NCBI GenBank assembly: GCA_051294375.1 | Contig: CM119263.1 | Coordinates: forward strand, 12,627,723-12,691,722 | Origin: Paraspadella gotoi | Taxonomy: Eukaryota; Animalia; Chaetognatha | Reading direction: 5' to 3' | DNA: 64,000 bases | Shown: positions 15,228 to 40,878 of the stretch, one piece after another | Layout: the number at the start of each line of letters is the position of its first letter | Position numbering within the stretch: position 1 is the first letter of the stretch | Program-made: the position numbers and the translations under genes | Notes under the pieces: model-generated | Told to the model about the DNA's origin: nothing | What the model saw: only the letters and a program-made list of their open reading frames with translations | Databases searched by the model: none

Positions 15228-17789
15228 TTATAATCTCTTAAGTCCCTTAACAATTCCTTTGGTGATGGGAAATGCGCCGCAACAGAACCCTCCAGGTCCT
15301 CCTGCTCGGCGACCGTGCTGTAAAAAATCTGGAGCCGTTATGGGTTGACGGTCGTCGGCAGTGCCGGTTCCCCCTCCAAGATGATGGCGGCACCCGATCC
15401 CGTGATGTTGTCGCGTTAGCGTAGAGAATTGCGCGGCTACGCCTCCAAGAGCATGTTCTCGTTCCTCTAAGCTCAGTTTGGTTAGGTCAAGTGAGTTAAC
15501 AGTGTGCCTTGTTTTCGCCGAAGTGCAATAAGACTCGATAACTTTGAGAACCTCGGCGTCATCGTAAGCCCTAACTTCATCAAACCGATTTCTGTTGCCA
15601 AACTCCTCGTCGCTTTTCTGCCGCTCATAAAGGTGTTTCCGGCGCGGCAGGGTTGCATGAACCATGCGACGTAGCGCGCGCGGGGATTTTGTCGTGTCAA
15701 TGGCATCGAGCAATGGCGACGAGGACGTCGTTGCAGACGCGAGGCCAGTCGGAGGTGGTGATGCTGACAATGCTGTGGACGAGGATGTTACGCTGCTAAT
15801 AGACCAAGGTAAGGCACCCCTAATTGGAGGCGATGGCCGCAAACAACTGAGTGTCCACTGGGGCCGATGAACAGGCACAATTGGAGGAGACATTTGAGCT
15901 GGAAGCGTGGCCGATAAGACAGTAAAGAAGGAAGGGGGAGGGACGGAAGAAGGGGCGGGGAGAGTGGCCGAGCCGGCGGCGGAACACGATACTGTTTGGT
16001 AGCTCATTGAGGAAGGATAAGGGGGCAGTGGCGGTGGATCAGACGACTGTGGAGGAGAAGGGGCTGGCGGTTTTCCAATGCCATGTTTCGAAGGTGCTGG
16101 TGGTGGCCGCTGACTCAGAGACAGAGCTCTGGGTGAAGTGGGTTCATGGTCAGCTGATGATGAGGTAGATGCGGCGACAAAGGCGGCAGCGGCATCGGCC
16201 ACTAATGCGTCAAGAAGCGCCGATGCGGACTCCCGGTTTGGCTTGGGCGGCGGCTGTAGGGAAGCCACGGGCGGCCGCGGGGCATTTCCTTGGAGTCCAT
16301 CGACCCATGCGTCACGATCAGATTTTGAAGTGAAGCGAACCTCCAATTTTTGATCTCCCAAGGAAGAACCAGAAATCTCCAAGGCAGGACAATATGGCGC
16401 CTCCGGGGGAACAGCAGCTGAGGCTTCTTCACACAGAGGGGATGCCACAATCCCAGCCAACGGAAGTTGGCTGTGGAATATGAAGCCGCTCATTCGATGG
16501 GTAATTTTGAGGATGAGCAGAGTTTGAGGGAAGAGGATGAGAAGATGATCGCGATGTGTCGACGACGATGATCCTGGCCTGTTATGAGACGGCGATGAAG
16601 AACAGAGAGCACCTCCCGATGACGAACCAGTCGCTCCAACTTCCATATCAACTCCGTCATCATGAGAGATAGAACCGGAAGAAGCTGAAGAGCAAGAAAG
16701 CTTTTTTGAAGACCCGGAGGAGACGCCTCCAAGAACCATGGCGCTTACACCGCCTCCTCCTCCAGACAAGGATGACCCGTCCCGCCGAATGGGCTGGCCC
16801 GATTCGATGATCATGCTGACCTGCGTCAGCAGCAGAACTTCCCCGAGCGCTGAGATCGATGGGCCATCCCAGTGTAACACATCCGAGTTAAATACATGCA
16901 GTTCCAGCTCCTTCTGCTTGCGGTAATGCTGACAAGCGTTTACCATGTCCCGGTATACTGAAATTGCGCGTTGGGTGTCGCCGCGGTCTGCGTGAGAAGG
17001 CTCCAGATTTCGCTCCAGTTCCTTCAGCAGGGGCGCGTACTTATCCAGTCGGCGAAATACGAGGGAGAGAGCATGAGTTAGAAAACGATCGCCCGGCGGC
17101 TCTGCCCCCAACGATTCTAGGCACTCGCGGATGTCCTCTCGGTAAGCATCCAACGTCTCCACTGCTACCGGGTGATTGGAAAAGTACCGTTCATATACGG
17201 CTTTGGCCTCAGCTGCTTTCGCTAAGAACACCCCGCCCACACGCTGCTTGTGAAGCGGTAGGTTAGCCGCCTCTTCAAGTCGATCGCGTAGCTCCCCGTT
17301 GAAGTCTATAATCTCAACCAGGTTGCCGGCAAGAGCGGCAAAGGCCTCAGACGGCAGTGCGTCCGCCGAGCGAAGTGGCATCAGGAAGGAGCCCCACAGG
17401 TCGCGAAGCTCGTTTACGTAACCCGTCTCTGTTTCTATGATACTGTTTAGAATGACGTTATGGTACTGGTGACGCGAGGCTTCCGCCGCGGCGCCACTAC
17501 CGTCGTTAGTTTGGCACCCACCGGTCGACGAAGCCTCATTGACGTTCGGGTCGAGGTCACACGGTTTCACGTAGTTGGAGGGAAACCATCCGGTTTTTCC
17601 AGAGATGGTGCCCTCCCACCATCCCCCGTCAACCTGCTGAGTCACGGTGATGATATCACCTTTGGCAAAGATGAGCTCGTCGTTGTTGGCACCGCGAAAT
17701 CCGTGGACGGCGCGGACAAGGAGTGGTCGGTTGTCCGGCGAAGCGATGGACTCGGCGCCGCTGTCCCGTTCCAACGGAGCGGTGGCCAT
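15228..17789 (-). CDS. ARHGEF7: Rho GEF beta-PIX/ARHGEF7 homolog (SH3-DH-PH-Pro-rich-GIT binding), single coding exon, 853 aa
   Basis: SH3 (NNDELIFAKGDIITVTQQVDGGWWEG..GWFPSNYV), DH (IIETETGYV..RLDKYAPLLKELER..HADRGDTQRA), PH, and the GIT-binding motif DDAEVLKVIESYCTSAKTRHTVNS. Confidence 0.93.
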   Translation of the reverse strand: MATAPLERDSGAESIASPDNRPLLVRAVHGFRGANNDELIFAKGDIITVTQQVDGGWWEGTISGKTGWFPSNYVKPCDLDPNVNEASSTGGCQTNDGSGAAAEASRHQYHNVILNSIIETETGYVNELRDLWGSFLMPLRSADALPSEAFAALAGNLVEIIDFNGELRDRLEEAANLPLHKQRVGGVFLAKAAEAKAVYERYFSNHPVAVETLDAYREDIRECLESLGAEPPGDRFLTHALSLVFRRLDKYAPLLKELERNLEPSHADRGDTQRAISVYRDMVNACQHYRKQKELELHVFNSDVLHWDGPSISALGEVLLLTQVSMIIESGQPIRRDGSSLSGGGGGVSAMVLGGVSSGSSKKLSCSSASSGSISHDDGVDMEVGATGSSSGGALCSSSPSHNRPGSSSSTHRDHLLILFPQTLLILKITHRMSGFIFHSQLPLAGIVASPLCEEASAAVPPEAPYCPALEISGSSLGDQKLEVRFTSKSDRDAWVDGLQGNAPRPPVASLQPPPKPNRESASALLDALVADAAAAFVAASTSSSADHEPTSPRALSLSQRPPPAPSKHGIGKPPAPSPPQSSDPPPLPPYPSSMSYQTVSCSAAGSATLPAPSSVPPPSFFTVLSATLPAQMSPPIVPVHRPQWTLSCLRPSPPIRGALPWSISSVTSSSTALSASPPPTGLASATTSSSPLLDAIDTTKSPRALRRMVHATLPRRKHLYERQKSDEEFGNRNRFDEVRAYDDAEVLKVIESYCTSAKTRHTVNSLDLTKLSLEEREHALGGVAAQFSTLTRQHHGIGCRHHLGGGTGTADDRQPITAPDFLQHGRRAGGPGGFCCGAFPITKGIVKGLKRL

Positions 17790-18338
17790 CGTTATCCTTT
17801 TTTTAATGGTTATATTGAAGGTTTGAAAGGTTTAACGTGCTTTTTTCGTCGTTATCGTTTTTGTCGAAAAATTTGAGTATATTCAATAAATAAATAAATA
17901 GTTTATAAATTAGTTTCAGCGAGGAGTTTCGGAAACTTCAATAATTGTCTATTGTGAGATGCTCAGCGCGCCGTAGGCGCTTCCTTATTCGCGCGTCACA
18001 CGCGCGAAACGCCATGAGCGCCGTATTCGTTTTGCCTGCGACGCGTCACATGTTCGTAACCCAATTTAGTTTCTCGGTTCCAAAGCGCGTTTTCGGCATC
18101 TCGAAACAAGAAAGAAAATTCAGTTCGATTACAAATACAGCCGCTATTTCCGGAATCGCATTTCATTCTCTCTTCTGCGATATCTGAAGGATGTAGCGTC
18201 CGATTAAGAGCTATGGACTGTCAATCTGCCCGTGATGATCCAAATACATGATTCATTCCGTTCCGTTTTCAGCCATTTGCTATGATGGAAACAATCGGGG
18301 AGCGAACGAATTTTTTGTGAGAGTCTGTGTGTCTTTGC

Positions 18339-18423
<85 letters not shown>
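18339..18423. repeat. (GT)n-(GA)n compound microsatellite
   Basis: Direct inspection. Confidence 0.95.
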
Positions 18424-18426
<3 letters not shown>

Positions 18427-19222
18427 GGCGCAGAGCTCGAGGTCCGCAGCCCTCTCATGGCAGGCTGAGTAACAAACCGCCGCCACTGCGCTGCGCCGTC
18501 GGTCTGCCCAACACGCACGCACAAAACATAATTGGATTAAATGTCACCATTGGTGGGTATCGCGATCACGCAAGACAAACGATGCGCCTTCCCAAACGCC
18601 CTTTCGGCGCAGGAGTAACGAAATTAGATTAAAGGGAAGATTATCGCCTTTCTTGCTATTGCAATACGTTTCAGGATTCAAAAATGTCATAAAATTTTTT
18701 TTCTACTTGTAATTGTATACACAATTTATTTAGTATAAATACAATTATGAGTTTTAACACAAATTGTTTCAAAAATTGGAAAATAGAACGCATTAATCTC
18801 AACAGTTTGTAACTTTATATAGTGTATACCAGATGGATTTAAGTTGGAAAAGGCTGAAATTTTTTTTCCAAATAGTAACGATATGAAATGTAAAAATTTA
18901 TTAACCTCCAGAGACATTGAAGCGAAAGGTAGAGATCATTTGAGCTGTTTACGGCCTCTTGTTACTGATATCTTGGAAAATAAATTTAAACATATATGAT
19001 GAAAATGTCCATAACCTCAATTATTTAGATTATAACATTTAATCAGATATGATTATTTTATGAGAGTAATCTACTAGAATGTCTCTGCGATATATTCAAT
19101 TAGTAATGTATTATTGAACAAAAAAGATTACAGAAATAAAGAATGAACTCTGACTGAAAAAGTTACAATTACGCATCATATTACCACAATCCCGTCCGTT
19201 GGTTTGAGACGATTCGAATGGA

Positions 19223-20443
<1,221 letters not shown>

Positions 20444-22615
20444 TATTTTCAATTCGTAGATTGTAATTTTCCATACACCGAAATCCTAGATAAAAATAGC
20501 TTTATATGTCTATTGTCACTGTAACGAGAAAGTTCAGACGTACGTACATTAGTATATAATTCTTAAATTAAACGCTGAAATAAAACAGAGAGAGAGAGAG
20601 AAAGAAAGAGAGAGAGAGAGAATGAGAAAAGAATAACAATAACAATAATTTACGAAAATATTTTTTGTCGATTATTTTGAAGGAATTAGAGAAATTATTT
20701 GAAAGAAAATATTTTTGGGCTTGACTTTAAGTTTCGTCTTGTATACGCCCCTCAACCAAGAAGAAGCTCTCTGCGATGCCAGGTCCAAGGATCAAGAGGA
20801 GGGAACCACAACAGAAAAATCTCTTTGCGTTTACGAATAGTCACTATTTACTTAGACTTATTCAGTTTCTCATTTTTTTTCATCTGGTGAAAACGTTAAA
20901 TCTCTGAACGACATTTTTTTGGTAATTATTAATTCCTTTCAGTTTAGAAAGTTTAAAAGTTTAAAAAAGCTCCTAGTCCTAACTTTTAGTTTTGCTAAAA
21001 ATCCACCTTCTGAGCCTTTGTTCGGTCCAAGTTCATGACAGCCCGCCCTCTCTAAGTCAGCGGTGGACTTCATCTCAATAAAGAAAACTGCACTACTGCA
21101 GTCATCCTCGCTCGCCTGATGAAAATCCCTAACCAAACAACAACAAACGACCCGGCGAAAATGTTTTTTTTCTTCTTCAAAAATCTGCACATGGTCTTTA
21201 AGTTGGTGCAATTAAAAACGCGTTAACACACTAGACTGTAATTCCTGCCTTTTCAATTCCTATAATTCTATTCGACGCGAAGATTAAACTGATGTGAGAG
21301 GAAAATCCACTACGAGATCATTGATGGGATTTTACGTACTTGCACTGAGGTTCTGGAATTTAATTGGTCAGAAACAAAAGATCTTCGTCTTTCTTTTCTT
21401 AATACCACTAGATAATATTTAATAAGTGTATATATCAAATTATTGACAATATAATAGTGATCTGATTATTAGTATTTAAGTAAAATATATTTCATCTTTG
21501 ATTATTGATATGATTGATCCTTGATATGATTGCTCCGTTGACTTCACGGTTTTTAAAAATCACAAAATAGTAAAAAAATCAATGAAGTAGATCAATAAAT
21601 GGGGTGGCTCTAACAAAAAGAAGTAGAAAGAGAAGGAAGTAAAAAGAAATCGGAACAATACAAGAAAAGAAGAAAGAAAGAAAGAAAGAAAGAAGAAAGA
21701 AAGAAAGAAAGAAAGAAAAGAAGAAAGAAGAAGAAAGAAACACAAAAAAGTAAAAAATACAAATTGACTTACTATTACTAATTTTCATACAAAAAAAAGA
21801 GTTATCATTCACCAAAAACTAGCAAGGATAAACCACGAAAGTAAAGCCACTGTCATCTCGCTTGGTAGCAATCTTATTGCATGAGTTTATGTTGACCTTA
21901 TTTGGATGAGAAAGTCTGACTTTCAAGGGATACAAGATATTACTTTAACTGTGTGAAAATATGAAATAGCTCAAAGTAAAATTTTTCCGCTTCTCAGATT
22001 AATTTATGATTTTTATTAAATGCTATTTAGGCATAATTGTATCTCATTCCATCTTGACAATATTCGGAGACGAAAATGTGTTTTTTTTTTGCCCATTGTC
22101 TTCAATTTGTTTCTCCAACTTAAATATCTGGGCTTGTGGCAATCTCGCCACAAATGTACCCCATTTATCCTGTTAATATAATTCCGACATATATCCGACT
22201 TTTGATTGAAATTTCTTTCTCTCCACCATAATTCAGGCTTATATTACATTATTCATGGCATGATTTTTGTCGCATCATTCAATATATAAGGACACTTTCG
22301 CTTTCCCTTCATTTCAAAAGCCATTGAAATGCGTTGTTCATCTATGATATTTCAGCACCATCGCTACTGCTAATTGAAAAAAAAAATTGACAGTCTTCCC
22401 ACTCAACTTTAAACCCGATTTTTTTATTTTTTTATTTTTCTCATTTCAAATTTCATTTCCGTCTTTATTTTTTCAGGGTTATGCTTTCGCTTAAAAACAT
22501 TTTCTTTCGCCGTATTACCCTCGGCGTTCGCGTCGAGAAATTAAAAGCTATCTCGTTCTCAAGAGTGCCCTCAAATTAACAAGAGTGATACTGATAGTGA
22601 TCAAGGATAGTCAAA

Positions 22616-24250
22616 ATGTCGCGGCTATCTCGCTTTTCGTTTGTTCTTGACCCGAACGTCCGATCTGTAGTGGGAGTCAGGCACGCCCATGAGCGTTTCG
22701 TCTCATCATCGTCGTTTTTTTCTTTTAAAAAAAATACGAAAAAAGAAAATCAAGATAATTTTCTATCGACACAAACGTAAGTGCCGACTGGTCTCTTAGT
22801 AGACGCTGTACCGGATTTCGTGTTTCTTTCAAGTGAAAAAAAATGTGGTGGGATTTAAAAAGAATTAATTTAGTTATATTTAATATAAACGATATAAGAA
22901 CTTTTAAGTAATAAATATATTAAAAATTAATTACTAAATATGTTTTAGCTACATAGGCTTACTTTTTAATTGTTAGGAGTCGAGAAATATCAACAAAGTT
23001 TTTAATCTCGGCCCTAATTCAATATTTTGTCTGTATGCCCCTCTGTCTCTGTCTGATGTTATTTAAAATAAGTAGGTAAAGTATTTAAGTAAATAAATTT
23101 GTTATGGAGAAAAGTGCTATTGTCTAAATTAAGAATTTTCAAAGATCCAATGAGAAACAAAAAGAAGATTCTGTGGCGGTATATTCACACCGCCTCAAAT
23201 CCACCATACCAAGCTTATGTTCCATCCACAGTCCTAACAATTTCCCTCTGCATTGGCAAAGCGAGTCCGTCCTAGGGTAACCGCCCCAGTGAGATGCCCT
23301 ATCCCAATAGGCATAACAGGCAACCCGGCTGTTGCCATAATTCAGCCAATCTCAACTGAGAAAGCGGCTATGAGGATCAGGACGTATCAGGCGAAATCTT
23401 GAAAGAAACCTGGAAAATACAAATAATTAAAAATATTGATTAGCATAATGCTAAAAAAAAATGTCAGAAATTAATGAATAAACTTATTCGGAGATTGGAT
23501 CTTGATTTTAGCCTCAGTGATCTTTAATAACGCCCATTTTATTCACATCTTAGGCCTGGATTTGAATTTCAGCGGTTGGCCGCTACGAAAGGGTATAAAA
23601 ATACTATTATATAACAGTTTGCAGTGTCTTTAGTCTGCAGACTGTCTTTACGTTTATTTTTTTCCGCGATTCTTGTTACTTTTAATAATAACTATTAAAA
23701 GCTTTAAACACAGAAAACACAGAAAAAGAAAAAAAATATTTCTAGTCTTTTTTGACAAAATTAAATTTTCAAATTTGAGCAGCTGTTTGTTTTTACTTCG
23801 CAAACACTACACTCAGTAAATATTCAAAAAAAATTTCTTTGAAAAAAGAGACTACTTTTTTAACCAGGAGCAGGATGTAGCTTTTCAAAATTATTACATA
23901 CAGTTTTAATATTTATTATATTATATATTATATAAAAAGATTTCCATGACATTATTTCGGACTATTAGACGAATTGTCAGCATGTCTCATGTTTGCGAAA
24001 TATAATCTCAAATTAAAAAAAAACAAACTTAACTATTAGGAAACAAAACTTAATCTTTTTTTTTTACTCCGTAAAAACAACCTGATAGCGTATTAAAAAG
24101 ATACGTAAAAAGCGATAAGATAAGATTCTTTCAAGTTCATACTCATTTGATATTTGTTTATATTTGATTTCCAGAGAATATTTGAAGATGCAAAATCGTC
24201 CTTTAAAAACGCTGGGATTGGACGTCATGAGGGATGGCACTTTGAACAAG
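22616..24250 (+). CDS. Alternative N-terminal exons of malic enzyme (22616-22776 and 24175-24250), putative mitochondrial presequence isoform
   Basis: MSRLSRFSFVLDPNVRSVVGVRHAH..STQ AC|gtaagt (phase 2) joins ttccag|A-EYLKMQNRPLKTLGLDVMRDGTLNK|gtatgt (phase 0), in frame with the GMAFT exon at 26257. Confidence 0.72.
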
Positions 24251-25433
24251 GTATGTGACTAAATATTGAGTGATGTCATTACTAAGATATAAAAGAGCGA
24301 TCATGTAGACGTGGATGTATGAAAACTAATGCTTTTGAAAAAGAAATTCACGTGCAATTGTTCTGGTTACAAAACTTACAAAAACAGGTGACAAAACCGC
24401 GAAGAGTTTAATCTGTGTTTTTTTTTTTTCGTTTTATCTTCTCAAGTTGGTTTAATCTTAACCTAAACCCTGGGCTGAATCGAATTGATATTGATTTTCG
24501 ACGCTGAAAAAACTGGAAAAATATTATTCAGTCAGAAACATAGTACTGCGCAATATCCGTCGCGGTTAAATAAAACTAAGAATAAAAAGCTATCGTAGAT
24601 AAATCCGCTATTCAGAATTTTCCGCCTTTTTGTTTTTATCTTTTTGGCTTCCTGGTTAATTTTCCTTCACCAAAAAAAAAAAAAAAATGCCGTTGGTGGC
24701 GTCAAATATTGGCAGGGAGTCGGCCAGGGGGCAGGACTGCTGCAGAACGTCAACTCACGATCACGAGAACGATCGTTTTCCAACTTGCAAAGCTAAATGT
24801 TCGACAAGGAGTAACAGCGGTAAATAATAATATCAAGAAAAAAAAAAACCCGAATAATATTATCTAAATTTTTCCTATTGATACTTTAAATTGACAATTG
24901 TGAATTGTACAAATGATGTTGCGAGATACGTGCATCAACGCGCTCTAGATCGGCCGCTCTGCAAGGCCCCGTCCGACATCATCACCTTGTAACCACTATT
25001 TACAATTGATTTTTCGAATTCGAAGGCTTTCTCGTCGTTTTCCTCCTCCCATTCTCGTCATCATCTTCATCCTCCTCCTCAGTCTTTTTCTTTCTTCTTT
25101 CCATCCCGGTACACGTTTCGTTCAATCTATGGTTCAAGACTCCCTAGGCACTCTGGCGATGCTCTTTTTTCGCGCAACATCGAATCGTATAATACTCGTT
25201 TTTGCATCAGATGTTCGTTTTGTTAACCGAAAATATTGGCCATACATACTATATGTATAATTTAAAAAAAATAAATTTACTATGATAGAAGTATTTTTTT
25301 TAAAATTTGACATAAAATATTTTGCCATATAGAATTTAATTAATTATTAATGCAAAGGGGCAATACTAGCTAAATTGTTACATAAACTGCCTTTGTTACG
25401 AAATTTAAATTAAACCCTGCGCTTGAAGCAAAC

Positions 25434-31937
<6,504 letters not shown>

Positions 31938-34840
31938 ATGAAGGGTTGCTTGAGCTAGCGGATGTGGATCTGAAATGAGTGGCCGGGTGGGGACCACGTG
32001 GGCGGCGATGTTGTCGAAAAAAAAAGCGGCAAGGATGAGGCGATTATTGAAACGCTATTCCTTCTGTATTTAATCAGTCATAAAATCTTCATTAAATTAT
32101 TAATTTGATCGATCTCTTTGCGATGGATGCTCTCTTGTTTACGCTCTTCGAGGTTATTGCATTAAGATAAGATATACTGTTTTTGGTGTTTTGAATTAAA
32201 ACTTGAGAAAAAAAAGGAATTTCTGCTCTTGCTAATCGTACTAGGTTGAGTCTATCGACTCTCTGGAATTAGCAAACTATCCGAACTGTGGGAAATCTTC
32301 GCAAAAATTTCTTTAAACATTTATATGTTTATTTACATTTCTTTATTCAGTATACCTCCTTTTCTATTGTGGAAAGAGATATCATTGTTTTTAATTTCTT
32401 TATTAATTAGGGTCGATAAAATTTTTAGTTGTTAACTTATTATTAATTATTTATTTTTATTATGTATATCAAATCATTTTTCCATTTATTTAGTTTGACC
32501 CAAGTCCGTTCTTTTGTGTATGTGCGTATATATATGAGTATGCGAAAAATTTTTCGAACACAATAATCTGACTTAAATATTATGTGCCTCAGTCGTACCT
32601 TTACACTAAATACGAATCTACTGTTGTCCCAGAAAGATTAATAAAGTCCTAATTTAGGTTTCAGATTTTCCGATTAAATCTAAAACTCACCAATTTGATA
32701 TCGAGTGTGGTTCGCTCCTTAAAAAACTCGAAAATAAACTGGCAATTCTGCGCAGTGCCCAGAGTAGACGACTTGGGGTCCCAAAATTGGTTTACTGCTA
32801 GTCTCACTCCCGAGCACTCGCTTTTTTAAAGTGAATAAAAACAAGAAATGTTGATTTTTTACTTTATGTAAATAATTGGTGCTGCTAGTTTTATGAAATA
32901 AGTTAAAAAATCATCTCTCGTTGAATTATTATGTTTCCTAATGATTTTTAAGAAATTAGTAATCTCCATTTATTTTAATAACTACTCTTTCCTATAGATC
33001 AAAAAATTCAAAAACGTGTGAAGATTTTTCATTTATTTCTTTGGCTCTCAATGGCGACTGAGTTGACTTTAAAATTCGGTGCCCATTGTTAATTTTTTAA
33101 TGTAAAACCCCTTTACACCAAAAATACAAATATATCTTCATTCTTTCATCTGGATAAATTTTACTTTTAGATACTTTTTATAGATTCTATATTTTTAGTG
33201 CTTTCATAATCTTTTAATTAAACTCAAATGCCGTCAACAAGTCCATGGTTTATTTTTAGTGATTCTTTAACTGATTCTCTGATAATGGTCCAAATTTGAT
33301 ATGTTCTTCATATTCTATAGATCATTTTTTATAGAAAGTATTCAGTTTCTGTGATTTACCTGACGTCACCTTGCATCTATACCATGAAGATAATAAGTTT
33401 TTTCCTTGGTTTTGTTTAATAAAAATTACTGAATTTGCTCACCTACCCCGTCATGCCTCTATAAAATGTGGGCTTTGATGAATTAAAATCGTTTTGATCC
33501 CCTTTTCATTTTTTTTATTTATTGTTCATGTGATAATCTCAAACGAAAACTGTCCAGGTACTCGTATGTTGTTTGAAACGTCAAATTTTTACTAATTTTG
33601 TTAAAATGATATGCTTTTTGTGGTCGCAGTTGTCAGCATCAAAATAAAAAGTCAGCGTAAAAAAAGATTTGAACTTAAAACTTTTAATTAATAAAAACGC
33701 TAAGTAATTAATTAATATTATTTATTTATTAACACCAAATAATTTCATCTGTTCAATTTCAAACAAACAATATANNNNNNNNNNNNNNNNNNNNNNNNNN
33801 NNNNNNNNNNNNNNNNNNNNNNNNNNNNNNNNNNNNNNNNNNNNNNNNNNNNNNNNNNNNNNNNNNNNNNNNNNNNNNNNNNNNNNNNNNNNNNNNNNNN
33901 NNNNNNNNNNNNNNNNNNNNNNNNNNNNNNNNNNNNNNNNNNNNNNNNNNNNNNNNNNNNNNNNNNNNNNNNNNNNNNNNNNNNNNNNNNNNNNNNNNNN
34001 NNNNNNNNNNNNNNNNNNNNNNNNNNNNNNNNNNNNNNNNNNNNNNNNNNNNNNNNNNNNNNNNNNNNNNNNNNNNNNNNNNNNNNNNNNNNNNNNNNNN
34101 NNNNNNNNNNNNNNNNNNNNNNNNNNNNNNNNNNNNNNNNNNNNNNNNNNNNNNNNNNNNNNNNNNNNNNNNNNNNNNNNNNNNNNNNNNNNNNNNNNNN
34201 NNNNNNNNNNNNNNNNNNNNNNNNNNNNNNNNNNNNNNNNNNNNNNNNNNNNNNNNNNNNNNNNNNNNNNNNNNNNNNNNNNNNNNNNNNNNNNNNNNNN
34301 NNNNNNNNNNNNNNNNNNNNNNNNNNNNNNNNNNNNNNNNNNNNNNNNNNNNNNNNNNAAAAATAAAAAAATCAAAACGTGCCACTTTTTAACAGCCTTC
34401 AGATTTAAAAAAATATGAAAGTTAAATAAAGTTTATTAATAAATTAAGAGTTTATAAAAAATGGGCTATCTGTTTAGGGGCTGTGATGTATTTAAAAAAG
34501 TAATCTATAGCAAAGTTAAAAAGAAAAAAAAAATCGTTCCTATATGACTTATTTTTTTCTGATGGTTTTTGAACACTCGAGTTCACTGATCCTAAGTTAC
34601 ACACATCATTTCCTTTTTTTAAAAAAACTTAATATTTCTTTTATTGTTTTTTGAAATAATTTTATTGAGCATATGTAATTTTAGGTTAAAAAGCGGCGCG
34701 TTCTTTTTGCACAGTTGCGTTAAAAAACGAAGACGGCTAAGGAGTTTCCAAAAAGCGCCAAATGCTCAATCCGTCAACCTTCTTCTTTCCTGGCCTCGCC
34801 CACGTTCACACCCCAGCTCCGCCATTTTGAATTTTTTTCG

Positions 34841-34990
34841 TCACGGAGCCATCTTGAAGGCGTCGATGATCTCAAAGACCGAGACGACGGTTCCCGCGAA
34901 CATCGCCGCGATCCCGAACACGATGATCACGAAGTCGAGGATGACACGCCAGAAGCAAAAGCCGAGAGAGCCCAGGGCCTTTTCCGGCCA
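34841..34990 (-). pseudogene. Orphan duplicate of the last SLC36-like exon
   Basis: WPEKALGSLGFCFWRVILDFVIIVFGIAAMFAGTVVSVFEIIDAFKMAP*, matching 43857-44007, with no upstream exons. Confidence 0.75.
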
Positions 34991-35203
34991 TCTGAAAAAA
35001 GAAATTATGATTACTTGAGTAAGACAAGAACATGATTTTATTAACAAAAAAATATTTTTATAATTTCTATTTTCTCTTTTAACGAATCTTATTTTTTTTA
35101 TTTTGATTTAATAATTAACTCGTAACTTTTATTTTATCGTCATTTAAAACACTGATTCGGACTTTCGATGGTTCCATTTCGTTCCACCTGACCCCTTCTC
35201 CAG

Positions 35204-40878
<5,675 letters not shown>

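Noticed and set aside
20939-22380. Possible minus-strand coding exons upstream of Rab11
   Set aside because: Short frames with stops and no recognisable motif; may be UTR or intergenic.
32770-32800. Sm-site-like AATTTTGG on the minus strand suggesting an SL or U snRNA
   Set aside because: No matching snRNA or SL 5' sequence or donor; the block is better explained as a possible exon.
33722-34385. Long ORFs containing X, and ER/SL/I-repeat ORFs throughout the window
   Set aside because: Artefacts of N-gaps and (GA)n/(AAT)n microsatellites.
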